This document shows positions 39,601 through 48,700 of a stretch of 64,000 bases of DNA, piece after piece. The notes under the pieces are model-generated. The model did no database searches. It worked only from the letters and a program-made list of their open reading frames with translations, and had not been told where the DNA came from. The position numbers were made by a program, and so were the translations under genes. How positions within the stretch are numbered: the stretch's first letter is position 1; the number at the start of each line of letters is the position of its first letter. This DNA is from a bacterium (GTDB taxonomy: Bacteria > 4484-113), in NCBI GenBank assembly GCA_021163765.1, contig JAGGTK010000033.1, forward strand, positions 5,923-69,922, given 5' to 3'.

Positions 39601-39660
39601 ATTGTCGGTGGCCTGACCCAGATGGGGATGGACACCATTGTTGAGCATTACCGGCCGTAG
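36646..39660 (+). CDS. PKD-repeat / Kelch-propeller lipoprotein, candidate selenoprotein (in-frame UGA 38605-38607 in CPGU)
   Basis: ORFs 36631-38607 and 38641-39660 are in the same frame, separated by one TGA and 33 sense nt. AVAC lipobox; PKD motifs (YEWDFDGDG, FIWDFEGDG, FYWDFGDG); six Kelch GG blades only when joined. Start at 36646 (GAGGTG RBS) or 36631. Confidence 0.75.
38608..38651 (+). promoter_or_regulatory. Candidate SECIS hairpin after the UGA of the PKD/Kelch gene
   Basis: GGCCC-AGGUU-GGGCC at 38626-38640, extendable by ACUUA/UUGGGU pairing; the loop begins 23 nt after the UGA. Confidence 0.55.
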
Positions 39661-39705
39661 AAAGCCGGACGTTCGTGACCCCGATGGTTGGGAGGACGTA
39701 ACCTG

Positions 39706-42486
39706 ATGAAAGTGTTGAGAGCAATCGGTACTTTACTGATACTTCTCGCTGCCGTCGCCGCTTGTGGCGGCGGCGGCAGCAAGGGGAGCATATCCCTGCC
39801 GAGCCAAACGGATGGCAACGGTGACGAGAGCGATCTGAAGATCGTCACGTATACCGCATCTCCCACCACCGGTGGGTCGCCTCTGGGTGTCAACTTCATT
39901 GTCACCATAACCGGCGGGGAGCTCCCTTTCACGTACATGTGGGACTTCGACAATGACGGGGCATTTGACTTCTACGTCAACGAGGTCGCAAGACGCACGG
40001 AACAGTCATACCACCTTTACTACTTGCGGAACGCTGACGTTCTCCAGGGATCGTCCCTCTACCAGGCGGTGGTAAGGGTGAAGGATAACGCCGGTGTGGT
40101 TCGTACCAGCGAGCCGGTGTCAATCCTGATTACGGACGTTCCACAGTTCGCGCTCGACTCTGCACTGACGCGCATTATCAGTGACACTGTAGTCGGGTAC
40201 GACCAGGAAGGGCAGCCGATCTACGCCTACCTTTCCGGTGAGCCGGTTTACTGCCGTGTGTTCCCTGATCCTTCGAGCCCCGGCACTCCTCCCTACCGTT
40301 TCCAGTGGGACTTCGACGGTGACGGGCGGATTGACTCGACCCTGCAGAATCCTCAGTACACCTTCACTGTGCTTGAGGGCGAGTCCGAATCCTTCATCGT
40401 CAATCTGACCGTAACCGACTCCAACGACTACTCGATTACGCGTCAGTTCCCTCTGACGGTGATCAGGCATTTGCCGGAAGAACCCACGGGGCCTCCGGAG
40501 CTTATTGTGAACAGCGCCCCGCCGATTCGGCCTGATGGAACGATCCTGATAGAGTTCGATTCCGCAAGCGACTTCCCTGCCGACCGGGAGCCTCATATGA
40601 ACGCCAGCGTGACGGTATCCCCGGACCATCCGGGCGTGCTTCCGTACGCGTACTTCTGGGACTTCACCAACGACGGCATATACGACGCGAACACGACATC
40701 AGTGTCGGTGCCCTATTACGATTCCGACCTGAACATTTCCATTAACCCGTACAATACGTTTGGCCAGGCGACGCGGGACTTCACTCTGGCGCTGCATTTC
40801 GTCGATGGTATCGGTCAGATAGTGCACCTTGAATGGCCGGTGCGCGTGGTAGATCGCGCCTATGAGCCCGTTGTGGATCCGCTGCTCACTGAAGCCACGG
40901 TCGACATCAACAATGACGGCGTCTACGATGTCCTTGAAGATGGGACCTACGCCGAGCAGGCTAGCACCGTCGCTCTGGCCAGCGACCTGGTTGTTCACTT
41001 TCAGGTGGCTGCGAGCGGCGTGACGGAAAGGCCGGGGTTGTATCGCTTCCAGATTGACATCCTGGGTAACGGCGTATACGCCGAGGATATCAACGAGGGC
41101 GATTCGGACAACCCGATTTATGACCAGACTCTGGAATGGGATCCCGACTATGACGGGATATACGAAGATGTGGATCTTGATGGAGATTCGGAGACGCTCA
41201 ACGAGGCTAGGGTGAACATTACGCCGCAGCCGGGCGGCAAGGAGATTGCCATATTCGAGATCAAATACCCGGCGAATCTCCTGCCCGGATACAAGGCGGT
41301 TCGCACCAAGGTGATAGCAACATCCGAGAGCGGGCTTGAGCTGGCGAGCCGCGTCAACCATGTGCCTGTGTCGCTGGTGGTACCCAGCAGTATCGATTTC
41401 TCTGCCACCGGTGATCCGTTCAGGATGCGTCGCGACTTCGGGATGGCGGCGGTTACCGTCATTGACGACAACGGCACCCCGGACCTGACCGACGACTTCC
41501 TGTCGCAGCGGCGCGTGTTCCTCGTCGGCGGCATGGACGGCAATGTTGCGCTGCGCAGCGTTCAACTCCTGACACAGGAGGCATTGGTGACCACCGGGGA
41601 ATGGGTAGGCCAGGTCAGCGTCAGTGACCGTCTGCCCCTGTCCACGCCTCGGGGACAACTGGCTGCGGAGCCGCTCGGCGGATTCACGAGAGGTGCGAAC
41701 TCGGTCGGCATTTACGCGATTGGCGGCATCAACAATGTTGACCAGACGCTTTCGGTGGTTGAGATGCTCCCGAGTTTCGACGGCGACGGCACCGACTATC
41801 CAACGGTGCCGTGGACGACAGTCGGTTCTATCGGGAACAACAACACGCAGCTAAGGCTTATGTCTTCCGCTTACGGCGTGTCCTACGGAGGTGGGTCATC
41901 GCTCATCGTTATAGGTGGCCTGCAAGGCAATCCTCCGGGCGAGCACGTGAGTGGTACCGGCTGGGTGTTCAGGCCGCAAGACAACGCCTGGTTTAGCTCG
42001 GCCATCAGCCCGATGCCGACGCCCCGGTATGACTTCGCCGCGGTTCTTGACTTCCCGTACCTGTACGCGATTGGCGGAAGAAGCAACGCTGGCGTGAGCA
42101 CGCGAACCGTTGAGAGAGTCCGCCTTGACACCGGGGGCTGGGAGATAATGCCGGATATGAAGTTCTCGCGGGCAGGCGCTGCCGCGGAGATAATCAACGG
42201 CAAGATCTATGTCTACGGTGGCGTTGACTATCCTCAGGATAAGAGCGCGCCCGAGTATATCGGCACGTCGGAAGTGTTCAATCCTGACACTTACGTCTGG
42301 TCCAAGACGGTCGGTCCGGCCCAGGGGCGTGCGGGCGCAGGCTCTGCGGCCCTGTTCACGTACCTGGATGCGGAAGGCAACCCGATGCCCAATGACACAG
42401 TGTGGATAATGGGCGGCGAGACTGCTAACGGTCCCATTGGAACGCTGGCCCAGCTCTACATCGAAGGCGTTGGAAACATAGACTAA
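39706..42486 (+). CDS. PKD-repeat / Kelch-propeller lipoprotein with many DxDxDG loops (paralog of the upstream gene)
   Basis: VAACGGG lipobox; YMWDFDNDG, FQWDFDGDG, YFWDFTNDG; Kelch blades RVFLVGG, IYAIGG, LIVIGG, LYAIGG, IYVYGG, VWIMGG; GGAGG RBS. Confidence 0.87.
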   Translation: MKVLRAIGTLLILLAAVAACGGGGSKGSISLPSQTDGNGDESDLKIVTYTASPTTGGSPLGVNFIVTITGGELPFTYMWDFDNDGAFDFYVNEVARRTEQSYHLYYLRNADVLQGSSLYQAVVRVKDNAGVVRTSEPVSILITDVPQFALDSALTRIISDTVVGYDQEGQPIYAYLSGEPVYCRVFPDPSSPGTPPYRFQWDFDGDGRIDSTLQNPQYTFTVLEGESESFIVNLTVTDSNDYSITRQFPLTVIRHLPEEPTGPPELIVNSAPPIRPDGTILIEFDSASDFPADREPHMNASVTVSPDHPGVLPYAYFWDFTNDGIYDANTTSVSVPYYDSDLNISINPYNTFGQATRDFTLALHFVDGIGQIVHLEWPVRVVDRAYEPVVDPLLTEATVDINNDGVYDVLEDGTYAEQASTVALASDLVVHFQVAASGVTERPGLYRFQIDILGNGVYAEDINEGDSDNPIYDQTLEWDPDYDGIYEDVDLDGDSETLNEARVNITPQPGGKEIAIFEIKYPANLLPGYKAVRTKVIATSESGLELASRVNHVPVSLVVPSSIDFSATGDPFRMRRDFGMAAVTVIDDNGTPDLTDDFLSQRRVFLVGGMDGNVALRSVQLLTQEALVTTGEWVGQVSVSDRLPLSTPRGQLAAEPLGGFTRGANSVGIYAIGGINNVDQTLSVVEMLPSFDGDGTDYPTVPWTTVGSIGNNNTQLRLMSSAYGVSYGGGSSLIVIGGLQGNPPGEHVSGTGWVFRPQDNAWFSSAISPMPTPRYDFAAVLDFPYLYAIGGRSNAGVSTRTVERVRLDTGGWEIMPDMKFSRAGAAAEIINGKIYVYGGVDYPQDKSAPEYIGTSEVFNPDTYVWSKTVGPAQGRAGAGSAALFTYLDAEGNPMPNDTVWIMGGETANGPIGTLAQLYIEGVGNID

Positions 42487-42504
42487 GGGCTGTATCAGAG
42501 AATC

Positions 42505-42536
42505 AAAAGAGGGGCGTGCCTGTGGGCGCGCCCCTC
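42505..42536 (-). terminator. Intrinsic terminator (U-tract on the minus strand, possibly bidirectional)
   Basis: aaaa-GAGGGGCGTGCC-tgtg-GGCGCGCCCCTC: 12-bp stem between convergent operons. Confidence 0.7.
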
Positions 42537-42618
42537 CTGCTATTTAAGCACTTGAAGCGGCGCGCGGCTTTAAACCGGGCGGTGGTGGCGGACGAAGTGC
42601 GGCAGTTGTGGTTGCCGC

Positions 42619-43284
42619 TCACGGAACGTCTGGGTTCAGCTCCAGCGCCATTGAAGCCAGGTAAGTCTCGTTGGGGAATCTTCGCAATCCTTCTTCCAGG
42701 AACTCCTGAGCGGTGTCGAATCGGCCGCGCTTGAGTTCGATCTTCACTGCAAGCCGCCAGGCTGGCGCGAGGTACGGGATAAGTTCGATTGCCCGCTCGA
42801 TGTGATACGAGGCGTCAGCGTAATACTGGCGGCGGGCGGAAGTCAGCGCAAGGTTGAAGTGCTGCTTGCCGATCGTCTCGGCTTCGTGAAGTGAGATGAT
42901 TTCGTGGAGCAGCGCCGGCTTCTCCCGCACCGCGTCGGGCAGGGCTTGCGCCTGTTCCCACGCGTGCGAGAACCGCCTTTCACCAAGCGCAATGCGGGCT
43001 TGCAGCAGCGCCACCTGCTCTGCTACCAGAGGAGTCATCGTCTGAGCCTTGCTGCCCAGTTCGCGCGCGCGCTCAATCTCGCCGCGCGTTACGGCGTTGA
43101 AGGCTTCCGTGAGCGACTTATTCGCTTCGTCCAGTTGCTCATAGTAGGGCGTGAGCTGTGCGCCGCAGCCTGGGCATACCTCTGCGCGGCCTGAGAGTTC
43201 ACCGCGGCAGACCGGACATTCTTTCAACTGTGCCAAAAGCAATTCGTCAACCAGTATGCCCGTATTAGTACGAGTAGTCCGCAA
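42619..43284 (-). CDS. Zinc-ribbon + TPR protein
   Basis: CPVC...CPGC followed by TPR-like helices (AKQHFNLAL-type, HIERAIELIP, FLEEGLRRFP); start codon uncertain. Confidence 0.75.
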   Translation of the reverse strand: MRTTRTNTGILVDELLLAQLKECPVCRGELSGRAEVCPGCGAQLTPYYEQLDEANKSLTEAFNAVTRGEIERARELGSKAQTMTPLVAEQVALLQARIALGERRFSHAWEQAQALPDAVREKPALLHEIISLHEAETIGKQHFNLALTSARRQYYADASYHIERAIELIPYLAPAWRLAVKIELKRGRFDTAQEFLEEGLRRFPNETYLASMALELNPDVP

Positions 43285-45013
43285 TCAGACCTGTAGCCTT
43301 CTCAATATGCTCTTCGAGCAAAGAGAGATCTTCGGACTTCAGGGCCTCCTTTATCTTATTGGCCATTTCGCTCAGCCGGGAGATCTCGATACTGTCGATT
43401 TTTTTCTCGCCCTTCTCGCCGGCCCGAATGAGCAGAGTGAGGTCTTTGAGTGTGCTCTCCGCCTCGTATAGCACCTTCGAGCGCTCGCGCTGGGCCAGCA
43501 TCGAGCCGGTATGCCGGCTCACGTCACGCTGGGCGTGGGCCACCTCGTCTGTGGTTAGGCGCTTCTTCGAGGCTTTAATCGTGATTGACTTGCCCTGGGC
43601 GGTTTTCCTGTCTTTTGCGGTGATCTTCACGATTCCATTGACGTCGTAGTCGAAAAAGACCTCAACCAGGGAATCGCCCCTTGCCGCCGGTGTGATTTCG
43701 GAGAGTATGAACTCGCCAAGCGATTCGTTTTGCGACGCCTTGTCGCTTTCGCCCTGCAACACGTGAATGAGCGCCTCAGTCTGGCCGTCCACCGTGGTGC
43801 GGTAAAGGCTCTTGCGCGAGCAGGGGATGGCGGTGTTGCGGGGGACGATGCGGGAGAACTTGTCGCCTTCGGTTTCAATGCCAAGCGTAAACGGGGCAAC
43901 GTCGACCACGACGAACTCTTCCAGCGAGCCGCGCTTGATTCCGGCCTGAATCGCCGCGCCCATGGCAACGCACTCTTCCGGGTTGATGTCCTTGAGCGCC
44001 TCTTTGCCCATCTCGTCTCGGACGAGCCGCTGGACCATCGGTGTTCGTGTCATGCCGCCGACCAGGATGATGGCGTCAACCTGCTCGGGCGCAAGATTGG
44101 CATCAGAGAGCGCGAGATGGATCGGCTGCTGCGTTTGCTCGACAAGGTCGCGTACCAGTTCCTCGTACTTCGCCCGGGTCAGGGTTTCGTGCAGGTGAAC
44201 CGGTTCCTCGCCTTCGGTATAGATGAACGGGAGGTTAACCTCAGTCTCAAGGAGCGATGAAAGGTCGATTTTGGCGGTTTCCGCGGCTTCCTTCAGGCGC
44301 TGGAGGATAGCGCGCTGTTGTGACACGTCAGGGATGTTCTTCAGGTCGATCTTTTCTTTGTCCTTGAAGCGCTCGATGAGGTACTCAACGACGCGGTAGT
44401 CAAAGTCATCGCCGCCCAGGTTGTTGTTGCCGGTTGTAGCGAGCACTTTGAAGGCGCCCTCGACCATCCGGATCAGCGAGACATCGAACGTGCCGCCGCC
44501 GAGGTCGTAAACGAGGATTGTTCGTGCCTCTCCGCCCTTGTCGAATCCGTATGCAAGCGCTGCGGCGGTGGGCTCGTTTATGATGCGTTCCACCTTGAAT
44601 CCCGCGATCTCCCCGCCGTCCTTCGTGGCCTGCCGCTGCGCGTCGGTGAAGTACGCGGGAACGGTAATAATAGCTTCGTTCACGACAGACCCCAGATAAG
44701 TTTCGGCGTCGAGCTTCAGCTTCTTGAGGATAACTGCGGAAATCTCCTGCGGTGAGTACTCCTTCTCCCCGATTACGATGCGCCGGTCCGTGCCCATCAG
44801 TCGCTTGATGCTTGTCACGGTGCGTTCGGGATTGGCTACCGCCTGATTCTTCGCCGGTTCGCCCACAAGCAGCTCGCCGGTGTCAGTGAATCCCACGACA
44901 GAAGGGGTGATAAACTTGCCGCGCTCGTTCGGGATGAGCGTCGGCTTGCCGTCAATGACAGCAGCAACCAGGGAGTTTGTAGTTCCCAAGTCAATTCCAA
45001 CAATCTGCGACAT
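43265..45013 (-). CDS. Hsp70-family chaperone (DnaK paralog with short C-terminus)
   Basis: GIDLGTTNS, TVPAYF, INEPTAAALAYG, YDLGGGTFDVS, VGGMTRTP, HVLQGE; 582 aa. Confidence 0.93.
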   Translation of the reverse strand: MSQIVGIDLGTTNSLVAAVIDGKPTLIPNERGKFITPSVVGFTDTGELLVGEPAKNQAVANPERTVTSIKRLMGTDRRIVIGEKEYSPQEISAVILKKLKLDAETYLGSVVNEAIITVPAYFTDAQRQATKDGGEIAGFKVERIINEPTAAALAYGFDKGGEARTILVYDLGGGTFDVSLIRMVEGAFKVLATTGNNNLGGDDFDYRVVEYLIERFKDKEKIDLKNIPDVSQQRAILQRLKEAAETAKIDLSSLLETEVNLPFIYTEGEEPVHLHETLTRAKYEELVRDLVEQTQQPIHLALSDANLAPEQVDAIILVGGMTRTPMVQRLVRDEMGKEALKDINPEECVAMGAAIQAGIKRGSLEEFVVVDVAPFTLGIETEGDKFSRIVPRNTAIPCSRKSLYRTTVDGQTEALIHVLQGESDKASQNESLGEFILSEITPAARGDSLVEVFFDYDVNGIVKITAKDRKTAQGKSITIKASKKRLTTDEVAHAQRDVSRHTGSMLAQRERSKVLYEAESTLKDLTLLIRAGEKGEKKIDSIEISRLSEMANKIKEALKSEDLSLLEEHIEKATGLIADYSY

Positions 45014-45021
45014 AATGTCTC

Positions 45022-45729
45022 CTATAAATGCGAATTATCATGGCTTGTCTCAGCGTTTCCGCCATGGCGGTTGCGGACAACAACTACCTGCGCGGCGCGC
45101 AGAATTCTTCCGCCCAGCGTGTAACCGGTGAGCTGTACCTGCGAGATTGAGCCATCGGGCTTGGCTGGGTCCTCCACGGTGGCCATTGCCATGTGCCGGT
45201 TTGGGTCAAACATTTCGCTTTCCGGCATCGGCTCCACGCCAAGCTTCTTAAGCCTGGCCAGCAGGAGCCGGTAGATGGCCTCCACGCCCGTCAGCACGCT
45301 TTCGGGAATCCCATCCGTGCTCCGGGCCGATTCGAGAACCCGCTCACAGGAATCTGCGACTTCGAGAAAGCCCTCAATGGCGGATCTGAGGGGGTCCAGG
45401 TCGGCCACGTCCGCGACCTTGCCCATTAGTCTCCGCATCTCCGCCCGCAAACCGTCAATGTCCTCGCCGACGCGGTTCAGTCCAACGACCTCAAGCGCCG
45501 GCATCTGCAAGTTCTTCACATTCCGCTGCAAGCGAAACAGCTCGATGCGAATCCGGTTTAGTTCGGTCTGGTACTCATACAGGCTGTGCCCGGATACATC
45601 CCCCTTGGATGTTGCTGGCGCACCGCTAACCCCCAGCCCGAAACTAATATTGTAATATTGCTCAGAACCGAAGTCAACGCGGGCGGCGGCCTGCCGCAAA
45701 TTCAAGCGCCTTTTCCGCGTTGCTTTCAC
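45022..45729 (-). CDS. grpE: GrpE-like nucleotide exchange factor (divergent N-terminus)
   Basis: FLEVADSCERVL, LKKLGVEPM, FDPNRHMAM, GYTLGGRILRAAQVVV; GTGA overlap with the upstream stop. Confidence 0.8.
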   Translation of the reverse strand: MKATRKRRLNLRQAAARVDFGSEQYYNISFGLGVSGAPATSKGDVSGHSLYEYQTELNRIRIELFRLQRNVKNLQMPALEVVGLNRVGEDIDGLRAEMRRLMGKVADVADLDPLRSAIEGFLEVADSCERVLESARSTDGIPESVLTGVEAIYRLLLARLKKLGVEPMPESEMFDPNRHMAMATVEDPAKPDGSISQVQLTGYTLGGRILRAAQVVVVRNRHGGNAETSHDNSHL

Positions 45730-48700
45730 AGTACGGATATGTCTCCCAGCTTAAAGTAGATCTGTATCGAGTCAGCCAGCTTGGCGATGATTGTCTCCGG
45801 CGGGGTGTCGTCGGGCTCAAGCTGCGAGTAGTCCGGCCCCGGCACTTTAACTCGCAGGTTCAGATCCTCAAATACGGAGCTGACGCGCCGGTCGCCGAGG
45901 ACCATCTGTCGCAGCCTGCCTGCGTCCACCGGATTGTAGGCGAATATATCAATGCGTTCTCGCTTGTGCTGGTCGGTCAGATTCGCGTAAGCGTCCTCAA
46001 GCAGCATGAAGTCGGAGGCGTGGCGTTCCGGGTCGAATATTTTAACCAGCCTGAAGTAGCTCTTCTCGATTTGCCCCTTGGTGGCGGTCTTGTCGAGCCC
46101 CAGTATCCAGTAGAACTCGTTTGCCCGCCGGTAGTAATCCACCATCTCTTCGGTCTTGGCAATGTAAACCTCATCAGCTTCCTGTGTCTTGACCACGAAC
46201 ACGTCTGACAGCAGCCGCTCCACCTCGCCGATAGCAACCGTGAGGTGGGCGTGGCTTTGCGGGTCTCGTTCCACCATCACCCTCCAGCGGTTCATCAGCC
46301 GGCGCCAGTGCAATGCTGAGAGGTCGAAGTCCTCTACCGACATATGTGCGATGGCAACGTTCTGGATGATGGCGAGGTTGTCCGGGTCGTATTCGGTGGC
46401 TTTTTCCCATTCGGCGATTGCCAGCTTGATGTTGCCTTTCTGCGCGAGCGTGTAGGCGTTGAGATTCAGGGTGTACGCCCAGAGCTTCGGGAGATGCTGG
46501 AAGTTCTCGTCGAACTTCTTGAGATCTTCCCAGGTTTCCATCGCTTCCTGGGCGTATCCGGCCTCCAAAAATGCCAGCCCTATTTCGAGCAATTGAGCGA
46601 GCTTGGTCTCATCGTGGGTCTGCCGGGCCTGAGATGCATCCAGCAGTTGCTTCCAGTAAGTTATCGCAAGCGTGCGGTCGCCCTTCTTTGCGGCTGCCTT
46701 TCCCTGGAACCACAGGCGCTGCATCGTCTGGTGTTCGCCCTTGGCATGCTTCGTCAGCAGGTCAAGCGCACGCTCGTACTGGCCGTCATGAATGTAAAAC
46801 GCGGCGAAGGGGATGGGGCTTTTCGCATCCTCGGGGAACTCAAACTCCTTGAACGTCTCGCTTCCCTCCTGCTCCTCATCGGCGAGATACGTGTCGAGCA
46901 GCAGTGGTATGTTGGCCGCTATCAATGTCCCGCGGCGCTTAAGGTCCAGGAAAACGCGCCACGCCTTCCGGGTCTGCTTGTTCTGCAGGTAGCAATAAGC
47001 CTGGGACCGTTCAAAGGTTGGCATATCTGTCGTCCAGGTGATGTCGCGGTAGTATATCAACGCCTGCGAGTACTTATTCAGCAGATGATATGAGTATGCG
47101 AGGTATATCTTGGCTTCGATGCTCTTTGGAAGGATGCGGTGGGCGACTTCAAGAATCTTCACAGCCATCTCGTAATCGCTGTCGAAGAAGAACCGCTTTG
47201 CATAGTTGACGAGCAGTTCTACAATGACGCTCCTCAGCATCCGGTCGTTGCGGTTGGCTTCAACGCTTTCAAGGAAGCTGTTCAGCGCATCATCCCATTC
47301 CCCCTGCTGTATTTGCTCGTAGCCGTGAAGCACGAGGATATAGGAATAGTTGCGCTGCTCTGCGCGGCCGTTCGGGTTGTAGCGGTAGACCTCTCCAAGT
47401 TTGCGCCGCGCCTCGGCAGTTGCGCCCATACGCCAGAGCGCCAGCCCGATTTCTATGTCTACCCAGCGGCGGTACGGCAGTCCGCCAGGATTTTCCAGCA
47501 ACTCGTTGTACAGCTCTACGGCGTCGCCGTAATCTCCCAGAAGCTCGGCGTTAAGGCCTTTGCGCAGCTTGATGAGGACTTCCGGGACGGCGTCTCCGTC
47601 CAGCTCGAGTTTCTTGATTAAAGGTGATGCTTTCTCGGGCTTGTTCTCCTGCTGATACGCCGCTGCCCGCCAGTAAAGGACATAAGACGCTTTCTCCTGC
47701 GATTTCACCGTGTCCAGCAGCGCAAACGCCTGTTCCGTCTTGTCTTCATACAGGCGGATCTTGGCAAGCTGATAGTCGTTTTCTTCAGTATGGTGGTATT
47801 CGTTAGCAACCGAATATGCGCGTGCGGCAAGCTCGTAGTTGTAACGTTCCAGGTAGAAGTGGCCGATTTGCTGAAGGACATCCAGTTCCCCGGCTTTCTT
47901 GAGCTCATCGGCGAGCCGCGCGCTGTCAGCCTCCAGGCATCGGACGGCCAGGTGCAGGCGGTACTTGTATTCCTGGTTATGGTTCAGGACGTGGTCCAGC
48001 AGGTAAAAGGCGATGTTTGCGGGGCAGCTAAACTTCTCGCTCTCAAAGCGTTCGTAGAATATCTGCCTTCTCAGGTTTTCTTCGGCCGCCACCTCTTCCG
48101 GCTGTTCGATGAGGATGTCAGACAGGATTCCTATCAGCTTGACATCCTGGGTTCGTGCGTCGCCCAGCTTTTTGTAGAGCTCCAGGTAGATCTCCACTGC
48201 CTCCTTGTCCCGCCTGTTTAGCGTCAGGAAGCACTTCGTACGGGCCTCGTGGAGTTTCTCTTTGCGGGTTCCGGTCGCGGACTGCAAAGCCAGCTCGATA
48301 TATTCAAGGGTGCGCTTGTCGTAGTTGCCATCCTCTATCCGGTGCTCCGCCATCAGCAGCGCTATTCGGTTGCGTATATCTGTATCGCTTATGTAAGGGA
48401 AAGCGCGCTCGTAAACTGAATAGGCCTTGGGCTGGCGGGTTTCGAACGTCAGGTAGCTTGCGGCAAGCAGGGGGAGGATGTCGGTATTCGTCGCGTCATG
48501 CACCAGCGACTTCTCGTAAATAACCTGCGCCTGCTCGTCAATCCGTTTCTTCTCCACATAGGTCGCGGCGAGCAGGCTGTACAGCCTGGGCGTTCTACGT
48601 TCCGGCCATGACCCCAGATAGTGCTCGTATACCTTGCACGCGAACTCATCCCGTCTGTCCTCGCTGAGAAAGTGCTCGGTCAGCACGAGAGTGATGCGCT

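Noticed and set aside
38641-39660. Independent 339-aa Kelch gene
   Set aside because: TTG start with no SD or signal peptide, beginning in mid-blade; better explained as the continuation of 36646-38607. It remains the alternative if read-through is disproved.
43265-45729. Housekeeping dnaK-grpE heat-shock operon
   Set aside because: No hrcA, CIRCE or Zn-finger dnaJ; altered substrate pocket; unusual partner genes
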